A stretch of DNA of 54,419 nt from a virus (IMGVR_UViG_3300037590_000132:1-54419); one strand, 5' to 3'. Shown: positions 1-9,723, counted from the stretch's first letter. Notes: a model not told the origin generated them from the letters alone. Numbers and translations: made by a program.

Positions 1-2157
1 TCAAGGCGATGGCGGTGGCGGATACGTAACAGTCGTTCCGAATTCCCACTGGATGTGCCCTGCTGCGTCAACGTCGCTGGCCAATGCGATCACATGGTTG
101 TCAGCGGTGAAAAGATCCAGAGGAGAACTGACGCCTCTCAGGTACTCATCTTCCGTCGGGCATCGCTCCAGCAGGTATTCGTAGACGACTTGCACGGAAA
201 ACTCTCGCCCGCGTCCATCCGGATTGAGCTTGGGCGATTTTTGGGAGACTTGCCTGTCGTTCAGGACCTCTCGGATTCCGTTGTGATCAAGCTGTTCTTC
301 CTTCATCGATGGCAGCGTGGGCTGTTTGCCGTTTCGGCTGGCCGTCATCGTCAAGATGCGTTTTGCCGTTGGGTCGTGAAGACGGATCAGGGCAGCGGAC
401 TTGGTGCCCTCTTGAATCTTCGCGTACGGGAGCTGCGACCAACCATTTCGAAGGTGGTAGGTTTGCTCCACCTCCACGAACGTGTACGGGAAATTGTACA
501 GGTCGGAATTCGACGAATAAGCCGAGTTGTCTTCGGGCAGTTCATGCTGGACTTGGTATTCATACCCGGGCGTGGGTCGATCCAGCCCGTCTGCTTTTCC
601 CGATGGAGTGTAGCCGGGGTTTTTGTTTTGGTATTTGAGCGAATCTGAATCAGGAAGTGTTGCTTCGTCGCCCGACTCTTCTTCCTCTTCTTCGCCAGTC
701 GTCGATGGAGGCATTCCGCCGGGCATTCCGTGCCAAACGCTGCACGGGTGCTGCAAATAGCAATTGAAGATGCCCGCGGGCGTTTCGCTGTCGTACGCCA
801 GCGGAACGGGCCACACGTCAGGCTGATAGCCGTCAATGATGTACGGATCGTCTTCGGAGGTCTGGCCATCCGGGTTGAGGTTTTTCATTGGAACCCCCAT
901 CTTTTTTATTCGCAATGCCAACGCAGTATACGTGTCTTCTGAATACCTAACTTGAACACGCATTTCGATGACTGGTTGATCTATGACATCAACTATCGAG
1001 GCATTCTGTAACATCGTGTGATGAAGCTGCACGCCATTTTCGTCAAAAGGGTTTCCCAGCCCCTGAATCCTGGATGCGGCAATTTTCCCGGCAGCTCCGA
1101 TAAGTTGTATCTTGTCCACGCCAGGTGGGCCTTGCAGTCGAATGTGAAATTCACCGCCTTTCAAAATTCCGTTTGGTCCTGAAGATGTTTCGGCATGATG
1201 GCCGCTCCATTTGATCGCAGGGTACGGCGGTGCCGCATGAGCCTGAACGTCTTCAACCCGATATTTAAGTACCGTATCGGTCGGGTCGCTGACGAACGAC
1301 TGACGAGCTCGCTTGTAGCCTTTCAGCAACGGTGGAATGCAGAGGTAACGCATCGCGTGCGGCCAGAATTGGCTGTTGATAACTCGCAGCGTTCCCTGCA
1401 TCGTTCGCGTTGTAATCCAGTTTTCATCTTTGGATTCTTCCAGGTGCCAGCGGTTCGAAAGAACGGCTGAATTTGGGTTTTCGAGACCGCCGAGAACGAT
1501 CGGCTTGATGTCTTCGTAATCGGTTTTGCAGAGTCGCCGGGTGATTTCGATTTCGAATTCGACGCTGAGCGACCGGCCGCCGATGATCTTCTTCACCGAA
1601 ACGTTTAACGGCCTCGGCCCGTTCTTGCAGTCGAGAACGTTTTCAGCCGGGAACGGTGTGTTGAACGGTCCGTATTCGGTGGTTGAATAATCGCTGGTGT
1701 GGTTCGGATCGAGCGGATTCGGCTGGATCGTTCGCGGCGTTCGTTCGACGTATTCGACGATCTCGCTGTTGACCGTCCTGGTTTTGATTTCTTCGTCGTA
1801 GGCCTGTCCGGATGCGATCAAAAGCGGTTGATCGATGACCGTTGGCGAGTTGGTTTTCTCGCTGGTTGGATTCGATTCAGTCAAAAACCAGAAGTCCTTC
1901 CGCGATTCGCTCAGACGAGCGTGGATGTCATGGGCTTTTTGTGCTGCCGTGTTTCCAACTGGCGTTTGAATTCCGAAGTCGCGACGAGGTTCATACGGTT
2001 GCAGGATTTCGTGAACCGACACGATTGTGCTGGCAACACGAATTCGGAACACGCTGAAAAGAATGTCGGTGTTTGAATCGTCATAGACGATCTTTTGTTC
2101 GAAAGACAAAGTCTCGACATCACGAAGAATGACGCCGTTGTAAATCATGATTGTCAT
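1..2157 (-). CDS. Putative tail/baseplate-associated protein
   Basis: 718 aa ORF immediately downstream of, and overlapping, the tape measure gene. Called from position only. Confidence 0.45.
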   Translation of the reverse strand: MTIMIYNGVILRDVETLSFEQKIVYDDSNTDILFSVFRIRVASTIVSVHEILQPYEPRRDFGIQTPVGNTAAQKAHDIHARLSESRKDFWFLTESNPTSEKTNSPTVIDQPLLIASGQAYDEEIKTRTVNSEIVEYVERTPRTIQPNPLDPNHTSDYSTTEYGPFNTPFPAENVLDCKNGPRPLNVSVKKIIGGRSLSVEFEIEITRRLCKTDYEDIKPIVLGGLENPNSAVLSNRWHLEESKDENWITTRTMQGTLRVINSQFWPHAMRYLCIPPLLKGYKRARQSFVSDPTDTVLKYRVEDVQAHAAPPYPAIKWSGHHAETSSGPNGILKGGEFHIRLQGPPGVDKIQLIGAAGKIAASRIQGLGNPFDENGVQLHHTMLQNASIVDVIDQPVIEMRVQVRYSEDTYTALALRIKKMGVPMKNLNPDGQTSEDDPYIIDGYQPDVWPVPLAYDSETPAGIFNCYLQHPCSVWHGMPGGMPPSTTGEEEEEESGDEATLPDSDSLKYQNKNPGYTPSGKADGLDRPTPGYEYQVQHELPEDNSAYSSNSDLYNFPYTFVEVEQTYHLRNGWSQLPYAKIQEGTKSAALIRLHDPTAKRILTMTASRNGKQPTLPSMKEEQLDHNGIREVLNDRQVSQKSPKLNPDGRGREFSVQVVYEYLLERCPTEDEYLRGVSSPLDLFTADNHVIALASDVDAAGHIQWEFGTTVTYPPPPSP

Positions 2158-4511
2158 TGATTGAATTTTTCCATGTCTTCGCGGTTAAGAAGTGGCAGCG
2201 AAGGCCCATCATGCCACTGGTGAAACGCAGGTCGCTTTGCATCAAACTTGCCATCACTGACGTCTTGGAAGAATTTCTGCCAGGCATTTCCGGCTTCATC
2301 TTTGCCCTCAGATGCTCCGATCATTTCAGCTACAAGTTCAAGGGTGTACCCAATTCCATCAATGATCGGAGCGAGTTTGTTTGCTGCATTCAACAATCCA
2401 GTCAGCTTTACCAGCGATTCAGTTGCGATCGCTTGAAGTGGAGTTGTCACCCGTGCGAGAGTGTCCTTGAATTCGCTCTGCTCCTCTGCCAGCCGAGACA
2501 ATGGCCCATCAAGCGAATCAGCTTTCCGGATGTCACGCTGAAGGTCAGCCACGTCCGATTTTGCGTAAGCCGATGCAATCGTTCCGTTGTACTGAGCAAG
2601 ATCACGATTGATCGACAAAACTCCAGTGTTGAGAAGTTTCAAGCTCGCCAATAATCCAGCAATCGTCGTGACGACTTTCCCGACAACGGGAATCAGGTTC
2701 AGGAATCCTTCTCCCAGTTCTTCAGACGGATCCTCTTGATTGTTTTTTTCGCGATCATCGCCGTCACTTGGTGGCAAGTTTCCGTTTCCATCGCCAGGTG
2801 GACGACCGATCGGCGGCGTCCGCTCGGGTTCTCGGTCATCGCCATCGTCGTCACCATCGCCGCCGAAACCAGCACCGACAAGCAAGCTTCCGATGCCGCC
2901 ACCAATTCCACCGCCCATCGCTGACGCGAAGCTTTCGCCAGCTGCTTTCGTTCTGGCGATTCCGTCGCCGCCCTTCATGCCCTTCCGAAGCTTTCCGAAC
3001 GTCTTGACTGCACCCTTGGCCTTGAGGATCTTTGCGGTGTCGCCAACGTATGGGACCATCGAAACAGCACTGATCGCGGCGTTCTTCAAGTGCTCGCCAC
3101 GTCGCTCTGGATCGGTGAACGCCCGACCAAGACTGATCGCGGTGTTCAACCCATCGCTGATCGGTGTCGGGTCAGCGATGCCGATGCCGTCCAGCCCGAG
3201 TTGAACACCATCGATCGCGTCTGATCCGGTGAATCGGCTTTCTTGATCGGATTCGTTTGGTTCGGAACGTTGTTTTTCGACGGGCTTCTTTTTAGCTGGC
3301 TCGGTGTCGCCAGCAGTTGGCATCGAAGTTTCAGCCTGACGAGGCAGATCGCGACCACCGGAAACCGCATCTTGGGCCCGGGTGAGGACTGCCAGGGTGT
3401 TGTCCTTGCGTTCGCGGTCCGTCTGTGGTGGCTGAGCGTCATTGGCTTCTTTCCACCGTTTCGGGATGTTGGCGCCGGCCGTACGTCGGTCTACCGGTGT
3501 TGTGGTCGATGTTGGGGCCGATGTGTCGGCTGCCTTCGCCGCGGACATCGGTGTGGGGGCGGGTGGTTGTGGTGGAACAGGTCCGCCGGCGGAGGTGACT
3601 TGGTCGACCATCGCTGCAGACTGACGAATGTCGGCCATCCGCGTTCCCGTCGTGGTGACTTCGTCACTGGACTTCGATTCGCTGTCTCGCTCTGCTTTCC
3701 ACTTCGCTTTGATGGTGGCTTCGTTTTCGGATTGAGCCGAAACAACCGACGTTGGCGCCGTGCCCTGTCTGCGAGGATCGAAATGAGCCGTCCAAGTTTC
3801 GATTCGGTCTTTGATGGCTCGTTTGGCGGCGGCACCCTTGGCAGAATCACGTTCCGCCAACAACGAAGCCATCGTGTTGCCCGATGGATCAGCCTGGTGA
3901 TAAAAGGCAGGCAGCGACTTGGCGGGTCGTTTTTGGTTTCCAGCCGGCGGTGCCGCATTGCTTGGCTTTTGATTCGGTTGAACGATCTTCTTGGCAGCAT
4001 CCATCACCTCCTTCGCGAGCGGCTTGGGTTGGTTGGCAGGCTTGGTGTCTGGCTTCCGATCGGTTTGAGAGCTGGCCTGAATGGCGGTCTTCAAGCGATC
4101 GCCAAGATCAACCGATTCAGGTTCGCTTTCGCGTTCGGATTGCCAACGATCGCGGATGGAATGTGCACCGTCACCGTCCGATGGCATCGCCAACGGAGCT
4201 TCGGATTGTCGCTGTTGAGCAACGATCGCATCGAAGCGAAGGTTTGACCGGACCTTCAGAAGTTGGCTGGGGAGATGGCTGACTGGGGCGGAAAGAATTT
4301 CGTCGGGCGGAATGACTTCGCCGGCATCCATTCGCGACTGGAATGCATCACGTTTTTCTTCGGCTTCCGTTTGTCGGCGGGCTTTAGTCGGCAGGATGCC
4401 AAGTGATTGCCCGATGTCCGAAAAGATGTTTCCGCTGGCCGCCCCGCTGAACCAATCGCCTCCGAGGGAAGCTTGGAGCAGCATTCGCATCAAGCTGCGA
4501 TCCTGACTCAT
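2154..4511 (-). CDS. Putative tape measure protein with an internal pre-toxin TG-like segment
   Basis: Follows the frameshifted chaperone with an ATGA overlap. Ala-rich, with a helical hydrophobic C-terminus and the segment LGLDGIGIADPTPISDGLN...AISAVSMVPYVGD. Confidence 0.65.
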   Translation of the reverse strand: MSQDRSLMRMLLQASLGGDWFSGAASGNIFSDIGQSLGILPTKARRQTEAEEKRDAFQSRMDAGEVIPPDEILSAPVSHLPSQLLKVRSNLRFDAIVAQQRQSEAPLAMPSDGDGAHSIRDRWQSERESEPESVDLGDRLKTAIQASSQTDRKPDTKPANQPKPLAKEVMDAAKKIVQPNQKPSNAAPPAGNQKRPAKSLPAFYHQADPSGNTMASLLAERDSAKGAAAKRAIKDRIETWTAHFDPRRQGTAPTSVVSAQSENEATIKAKWKAERDSESKSSDEVTTTGTRMADIRQSAAMVDQVTSAGGPVPPQPPAPTPMSAAKAADTSAPTSTTTPVDRRTAGANIPKRWKEANDAQPPQTDRERKDNTLAVLTRAQDAVSGGRDLPRQAETSMPTAGDTEPAKKKPVEKQRSEPNESDQESRFTGSDAIDGVQLGLDGIGIADPTPISDGLNTAISLGRAFTDPERRGEHLKNAAISAVSMVPYVGDTAKILKAKGAVKTFGKLRKGMKGGDGIARTKAAGESFASAMGGGIGGGIGSLLVGAGFGGDGDDDGDDREPERTPPIGRPPGDGNGNLPPSDGDDREKNNQEDPSEELGEGFLNLIPVVGKVVTTIAGLLASLKLLNTGVLSINRDLAQYNGTIASAYAKSDVADLQRDIRKADSLDGPLSRLAEEQSEFKDTLARVTTPLQAIATESLVKLTGLLNAANKLAPIIDGIGYTLELVAEMIGASEGKDEAGNAWQKFFQDVSDGKFDAKRPAFHQWHDGPSLPLLNREDMEKFNQ

Positions 4512-4789
4512 GACGATCCTTTGCTTTGTGCGGCTGCGTACGCGACCTCAAATTCCTGGAAGGCCGCGATTGCCTCATCGCTTGTTTCGGTGGTGTGTTT
4601 GAACCAACCGAGTTGAAGCGGCGATTCAGAAGCTAAGACGCCGAGTCGGAAGCGTTCGGCGGTTCGGATGGTGGATCGTCGACGGTTGAGCCAGAGTCCG
4701 ACGTATTGTTCATAGCTGGTTCGGGCGACTTGACTGACGTCGATTCCGTAAAGATTCGCTGTGTCGGCGAAGGATCGATGTTTTTTTTT
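4508..4789 (-). CDS. -1 frameshift extension of the tail chaperone (gpGT-like)
   Basis: The -1 frame is open from the A9 run (KHRSFADTANLYGIDV...AAAQSKGSS) to a TGA at 4510-4508 that overlaps the tape measure ATG. Confidence 0.8.
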   Translation of the reverse strand, partial: KKKHRSFADTANLYGIDVSQVARTSYEQYVGLWLNRRRSTIRTAERFRLGVLASESPLQLGWFKHTTETSDEAIAAFQEFEVAYAAAQSKGSS

Positions 4790-5094
4790 AACTCGATCAG
4801 ATACAGATCGAACGCCAACATCAATTCGACGCGTTCGGCGACCGTCATTCCCGACTTGCCGTCCACTGCCAGGGGATGAACCCCAAACACGTCACACGCA
4901 GTTCGAGCGACGATGTCAATCGCGTCGCGGTCACCATCGACGGCTTCCGACAGATGCGAGTGAAGGTAGGCATCGTGGGCGTGCAAGCCAGCCGCCAGTT
5001 CGATGGGGTCAGCTCGTCGAGTCCGAACCCCGTCGTGATAGCGAAAAATCAGCCGTCGCCGATTCCAAATACGATTCCGAATCCACTGGATCAT
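4633..5094 (-). CDS. Tail assembly chaperone (gpG-like, zero-frame product)
   Basis: Lies between the tube and tape measure genes and contains the slippery run TTA AAA AAA AAC. Confidence 0.75.
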   Translation of the reverse strand: MIQWIRNRIWNRRRLIFRYHDGVRTRRADPIELAAGLHAHDAYLHSHLSEAVDGDRDAIDIVARTACDVFGVHPLAVDGKSGMTVAERVELMLAFDLYLIELKKNIDPSPTQRIFTESTSVKSPEPAMNNTSDSGSTVDDPPSEPPNASDSAS

Positions 5095-5756
5095 GGTGTG
5101 TAATCGCTTCGCATGGTCAGAGGCAGGTAATCATCGTCAACGCCAGTTGCGTCGCGATTCCAAATCAATCCGTCACGATAAGACGCACCGGATCCTGATG
5201 GGGCCAGAGCATGCCCTTCAGGTGCACGGAACGCACGGAACGAAAATTGAAGGGCAGAGAACTTGGTTCCTTGTCCCGTTTCAATGGGGCTGTCCAGGAC
5301 GCAGCATACGAAGTTGCGGAAAAAGTAATCCAGTCCCGCGTCGGGATGAGCTTCAGTGCTGATCGGATCCGTTGCCGGAATCGGGTTGCTCCGGGATGGA
5401 CTGATGACAATTCGGAAACTGCGATCTCGGAGCGTCAATCCACCGATTTCGTTGTCGGCGAAGCTGCCTTCGTTTGACATCAGGTTGTGACGTTCGATTC
5501 GATCTCGAATTGTGTGATCCCACTTCGAAAGATTCAGCACTCCGCGAATGTTCAAAGCGAGAATCTGACGTTCGATGGGATCGCCTTGTGGGCCGCCCTG
5601 AGAATCGCCAGGAACGTCGTGGAAGATCGGCGTGACGGACAGTCTGGTTTCGTCCATTTGTTCGCCGATGCGATGACACACGGCATAGTCATCGCTTGGG
5701 AATCCGATCAAGATGTTCGACTTGCCGGCGACTTGAATGTATGGAGCACTGGTCAT
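5091..5756 (-). CDS. Putative major tail/tube protein
   Basis: 221 aa, beta-rich pattern, immediately upstream of the chaperone. Positional call. Confidence 0.5.
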   Translation of the reverse strand: MTSAPYIQVAGKSNILIGFPSDDYAVCHRIGEQMDETRLSVTPIFHDVPGDSQGGPQGDPIERQILALNIRGVLNLSKWDHTIRDRIERHNLMSNEGSFADNEIGGLTLRDRSFRIVISPSRSNPIPATDPISTEAHPDAGLDYFFRNFVCCVLDSPIETGQGTKFSALQFSFRAFRAPEGHALAPSGSGASYRDGLIWNRDATGVDDDYLPLTMRSDYTP

Positions 5757-5759
5757 GGC

Positions 5760-6269
5760 TTACTGGCCTCTTGGCAGTCGGGAAGCGGGGGAAGGAAAGT
5801 ATCGGCTCATGCGTTCGGACAGTCCGTTTCGATTTTGAAGCTGGATTGCCGTTGGGCCAGTTGTGTGGACTTGGGTTGCGTTGATGACTTCAGAGATGCC
5901 GAAGACGTTTTCACCGCGGCGAAGTGAGTAGATCGCGTCGCGGGATTTCTTGGTCAGCCGTTCGATGGTTTCCGCATTGACTGCTTCGGGGCGACGGTCG
6001 TGCAAAGCCGCCATCGCCAATCCACAAACGATCGCTTTCAGGTAGCTCTTGGATGATCCTGTCAGGGACGAAAGCTGCTCAGCGGTGTATCGCCCACCTG
6101 CCAAAAGTGCCGCGTCGACTTCGCCGGACGCGTCATCCAGTGCCGCCACGACATGTGAATGCACCGGGACATCGTTGCGAGCCAACGTCTCACGATCGTC
6201 ACTCGCCAGATCGCCGACCAAGTCGACGTCGTAGCGAGCGACGAGATCCAGTCCAGTTGCATAAGCCAT
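5760..6269 (-). CDS. Mu gp36-like (DUF1320) head-tail adaptor
   Basis: MAYATxxDLxxRY...ALDDASGEVDAAL..GRY...YLKAIVCGLA motif, directly after the capsid gene. Confidence 0.8.
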   Translation of the reverse strand: MAYATGLDLVARYDVDLVGDLASDDRETLARNDVPVHSHVVAALDDASGEVDAALLAGGRYTAEQLSSLTGSSKSYLKAIVCGLAMAALHDRRPEAVNAETIERLTKKSRDAIYSLRRGENVFGISEVINATQVHTTGPTAIQLQNRNGLSERMSRYFPSPASRLPRGQ

Positions 6270-6281
6270 AGCGGCGTCCTA

Positions 6282-7340
6282 TCAGGTCAACAGTCCGGTC
6301 AAACGGAATCCGCTGGCCGATGCGGTGATAACGGGCTGTTGATCGTCGACCACGTGACCTTCGGTACGGCGGTGCTTTTCATCGTCGAAGGTTTGAACGC
6401 TCATGTCCTCTTTCAAGAACAGCGACAAGGTCGAGAACGATGGGCCGCCGCCAGGAGGTGCAACCAATCCGCCGGGTCGGGCCAACAAGTAAGCCACGCC
6501 ATCGGGCATGATGTAATCGGCCACTCTCGCAGACGCACCACGTCGACTGGTCACCTTCGTTGAATCTTCGATGACCGTGTCAACGCCGTACAACTTGGGC
6601 GGCAATCCGAATTCATCGAACCCGTCCGAGTCGCCTTGGCGAAGCTGTGGAAGCGAATATCGGCTTCCCTTCAAGTACTCGGCGATTTCCTGGGTGACCG
6701 CAATTGAGCGAGCAGTGTTGGGGTTCATCACCAGTACCATGTCTTTGCGACGAACGACGCTGAGGGTCGCTTTGATGATCACGTCCAAGGCATAGTTGAT
6801 GCTTTTCTGGATGAACTTGTTAACCGACGTTGCGGTGTCCCAAGCTCCGGTTACACCATCAATCGTGGTGACATCTTTGACGTGATCGGATTCCCAGTTT
6901 GCGTTGTTGCCAAGCACGCCGTGAACGCGAACGGTCCGTCCGGTCATCGCTTGCTGAGCTTTCATCGCCTCATGCGATTCGACGATGCCCCAGGCTGCTT
7001 GATCGCGAGCTTCGAAACCCAATTTATACGGGAAGTCGTACCGCTGGGTGTTGTACGGCAAAAACGAGAACATCTCGGTGCCGTCGTTGTTCTGTGGCCG
7101 GTCCGATCCATCAGGCCATACGAAATCCGATAGATTGGAATCCAGAATTCGACCGGCTTCTTCGGTCGTGATCTTCAAATAGAAGCCGCTCTTGAGCGAG
7201 ACTTCTCGTTGTTGAATGTACCGGTTGAGCGGGAAATCCTTGACGTTGCGGCTGAACCCAGTGACGAGCTTGTCGCTGCCTTCGCCGAAGGATCGAACGT
7301 AAGTGTTGTTGCCGCCTGGTAGGACCGGTGTGCTGGTCAT
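6282..7340 (-). CDS. Major capsid protein
   Basis: 352 aa, follows the protease and decoration genes. Contains the LVMNPxT and LPPKLYGV motifs typical of HK97-fold capsids. Confidence 0.75.
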   Translation of the reverse strand: MTSTPVLPGGNNTYVRSFGEGSDKLVTGFSRNVKDFPLNRYIQQREVSLKSGFYLKITTEEAGRILDSNLSDFVWPDGSDRPQNNDGTEMFSFLPYNTQRYDFPYKLGFEARDQAAWGIVESHEAMKAQQAMTGRTVRVHGVLGNNANWESDHVKDVTTIDGVTGAWDTATSVNKFIQKSINYALDVIIKATLSVVRRKDMVLVMNPNTARSIAVTQEIAEYLKGSRYSLPQLRQGDSDGFDEFGLPPKLYGVDTVIEDSTKVTSRRGASARVADYIMPDGVAYLLARPGGLVAPPGGGPSFSTLSLFLKEDMSVQTFDDEKHRRTEGHVVDDQQPVITASASGFRLTGLLT

Positions 7341-7386
7341 GGGATAAACTCCAGAGAGTGTCCCAGTTCCGTTGGTCGGTCACCGG
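7339..7386 (-). promoter_or_regulatory. Late-motif copy E, coupled to a hairpin that hides the capsid RBS
   Basis: CCGGT-GA-CCG-ACCAA-CGG-A-ACTGG overlaps TGGGACACTC-TCTG-GAGTTTATCCCA, which buries GGAG next to the ATG. Confidence 0.6.
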
Positions 7387-7464
7387 TTGGTTGAAATTTC
7401 GAAAGAAGTGGAGGTGTGAAGGAGAGGACTTGAAGGCGTTGATTGAAAAACGCCTCGGGCCGAA

Positions 7465-7866
7465 TCATGCGGAAGGCAAGGAACCGTAGCGAACGACGCA
7501 CTTGATCTTCTCGTTCGCTGCTGCAGCTGATCTCGCCACGGCGGAGTACTCGTCGCCAGCGACGGCCTTGATCGCTTTTCCATCGGCGTCTGGCTTCAAG
7601 GGATCACCCGCGGCGACGGTCGCACCCGCGACGACTTCGCAGGGTTCGCCCAGCCCATACACCTGGCAGGACTGCCCCGCTTCGGCGGCGTTTCCGCTGG
7701 CGCCGGGGATGGGGGCGGTGTTGGTGCCTTCTGCACTGACGCCAGCATTCGCAACGTCATCGGCGACACACTGCACCACGGAATTGTTTTCGCCAGCTTC
7801 AAGCTTGACGAATCGGCTCGGAAGAATATTCCCGCCGGCGATGTAGCTTGGGTTCGAATGGGGCAT
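7465..7866 (-). CDS. Capsid cement/decoration protein (DUF2190-like)
   Basis: Ala/Gly-rich 133 aa with AGATVAAGDPLKPDADGKAI, between the protease and capsid genes. Confidence 0.7.
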   Translation of the reverse strand: MPHSNPSYIAGGNILPSRFVKLEAGENNSVVQCVADDVANAGVSAEGTNTAPIPGASGNAAEAGQSCQVYGLGEPCEVVAGATVAAGDPLKPDADGKAIKAVAGDEYSAVARSAAAANEKIKCVVRYGSLPSA

Positions 7867-7905
7867 GGTTGTTGCCTAAAGTTGTGAAGTGAAGTTTGGT
7901 TGTTC

Positions 7906-7940
7906 AAAAGGCCCGGTTGGCCGCGTCAAACCAACCGGGC
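7906..7940 (-). terminator. Possible intrinsic terminator
   Basis: GCCCGGTTGG/CCAACCGGGC 10-bp stem followed by CTTTT on the minus strand. Confidence 0.45.
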
Positions 7941-8003
7941 GGACCATCGGGGCGTATGCTCCATCCGACACACGCCCAGCGTTGGTGATTCGAGAGAATG
8001 AAG

Positions 8004-9563
8004 TCAGTTCGTTCCGATTCGTTGCTTCGCTTCCGATTTCAGTTCGTCGTAAGTTCGGTATTCGCCTTTGTTGGCGTATTGGGCACTCAGCTGACGAATG
8101 ATTTGGGATTCTTCCGCTTGGTAGCGTGCCGTTTCTTGATCGGTTTGCTGACCAACCGGCATTGCACCTTGCGGAATTGCTTGCGTTTGCGTGATCGCTT
8201 TGGCGGCGTAACGCTCAATGACATCGCAATGCTGTTCAAACTGCGAATCATTCATGGTTGATCCAGCGGAGTACAAGCACTGATTCATTTCAGCGTCGAT
8301 GTCGATCGGCATACGACCAGCGATTTCCCGCAACCGAGACGAACGGACCGCATCAGTGCGTTCCACTTCCAGGGTCGCCAATCGGCTTTTGCTGTCAGCC
8401 AAATCATCAACCAGCGTTTGTTGGCCATTGGCCATCGCCTGATACTTGTCAGCGAGTGCCTGGTACTTCTCAGCGAGGTCTGATTCGCTGGAGTCGCCAA
8501 CCGTTTCAGGCTGTTCGTCAGATTGATAGCGTGGTGTTGGAGCGGGTTGACCGCCGACCATTCCGCCCATCGCCCCAAACTGCTGGGGAGGTCCGCCTGC
8601 GGGGCTGCTGCCAGGTTGGGTCCCACCAGCCGGTGTCCCGCCCGTGCCCATTTGCTGCAAAACCCATTGCATTGGTTCGGTGTTCATGACTCCGTCAATG
8701 ATTTTGCGGATCAGTGCGTTTTCGTCCATCGGAGCGGTTCCGTTTGGGTTGGGAGGGTCGGGTTGATTGTCGAATTTTTGGACGTGAGTGTTCCCGCCAC
8801 CTGGCAGTGCGGCAAAGGCTCCAGTCGGAGCGATTGCTTCATACCGATCAGCGACGACGTCGTGATTGACCGAAAAACGGTCCACGAACAGATCGCTTCG
8901 CCCATCTTCAGTGTTGACGGAGAACTGAACTGGAAGTGGTAGTCGTGGGGCTTCGCTAATCGCGGCGATTGGGTTGATGTAGCTGCGGCCGTTGGATTTG
9001 AGCGTCAAAACCTCAACGCTTCGACCGCCGCGGTCCGCCAGTTGATGAGCTTTGTCTTTTCGGATGTACTCATCACAAAAGATCGCCAGCCGAGGCTCCG
9101 AACGACCAATCATCCCTAGCCGGAACGGCCCGGAAACACCCACCGTGACCGGAGGCGACGGATCGCGTTGACCAGCTGGAACCGTGTGTCGATCAATGAT
9201 CGTTGGGTAAGCGTCCACGTCGAAGATTCGGTGATTATTTTCACCGACGATCTCGGACAATTTAGAAGCGTCGTACCGGCGGACTATCGGTTCCCCGTTC
9301 GCCCCGGTCGATGCTGCTTCATGTTCGGAGAAGTAGCAAACGTCTTCACGTTTGATGTAGCGATCGATCGGGTATTTTTTGTCAGCACGATCGCGTTCGC
9401 TATTTCCGTAAACAGCTGACCATGCTTCCCACGCAATGTGGTTTCGGTCCATTGGCTCGGGGACTACCGGCGATAGCTCTTGATGGGCACGCACGACAAA
9501 ATCCGCCTCCGACTCATTCGGTCTGGGAGCGATTTTTTTCGATAGTGATGTCAGTGCAACCAA
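8004..9563 (-). CDS. Putative prohead protease/scaffold protein
   Basis: Upstream of the decoration and capsid genes; globular N-terminus (IDRH..., RSVE) and a coiled-coil C-terminus. Start moved to TTG 9563 because 9579-9638 is a regulatory element. Confidence 0.65.
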   Translation of the reverse strand: MVALTSLSKKIAPRPNESEADFVVRAHQELSPVVPEPMDRNHIAWEAWSAVYGNSERDRADKKYPIDRYIKREDVCYFSEHEAASTGANGEPIVRRYDASKLSEIVGENNHRIFDVDAYPTIIDRHTVPAGQRDPSPPVTVGVSGPFRLGMIGRSEPRLAIFCDEYIRKDKAHQLADRGGRSVEVLTLKSNGRSYINPIAAISEAPRLPLPVQFSVNTEDGRSDLFVDRFSVNHDVVADRYEAIAPTGAFAALPGGGNTHVQKFDNQPDPPNPNGTAPMDENALIRKIIDGVMNTEPMQWVLQQMGTGGTPAGGTQPGSSPAGGPPQQFGAMGGMVGGQPAPTPRYQSDEQPETVGDSSESDLAEKYQALADKYQAMANGQQTLVDDLADSKSRLATLEVERTDAVRSSRLREIAGRMPIDIDAEMNQCLYSAGSTMNDSQFEQHCDVIERYAAKAITQTQAIPQGAMPVGQQTDQETARYQAEESQIIRQLSAQYANKGEYRTYDELKSEAKQRIGTN

Positions 9564-9578
9564 TTCAATGGCTCGTTG

Positions 9579-9638
9579 AAACGAAAAAAGCCACACGCCC
9601 CGAAGATGGGATGTGTGGCTCTGGTGGTCAGTGGCCAA
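9579..9638 (-). terminator. Late-motif copy C: antiterminator-like hairpin overlapping an intrinsic terminator
   Basis: TGGC-CA-CTG-ACCAC-CAG-AGCCACAC...GTGTGGCT-TTTTTCGTTT. Confidence 0.8.
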
Positions 9639-9649
9639 CGTCTAAAAAA

Positions 9650-9723
9650 TTGCGGAGACTGGATTTGAACCAGTGATCTCAAGGTTATGAGCCTTGCGGG
9701 ATACCAAGCTTCCCCACTCCGCC
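9650..9723 (-). tRNA. tRNA-Met(CAT), initiator-like
   Basis: GGCGGAG acceptor with a 1:72 mismatch, G11:C24 pair, CAAGG-CTCATAA-CCTTG anticodon arm, GGTTCAAATCC T arm. No encoded CCA. Confidence 0.92.

Noticed and set aside
3243-4247. Long plus-strand ORFs in the late region (also 12936-13676, 16916-17737, 25702-26466)
   Set aside because: They are antisense shadows of motif-bearing, coupled minus-strand genes.
7906-7980. Hairpins as a sixth late-motif copy
   Set aside because: They lack the CYG-AYCAH-CRG core.
9564-9638. ORF-track start of the protease gene
   Set aside because: It lies within the conserved terminator element.
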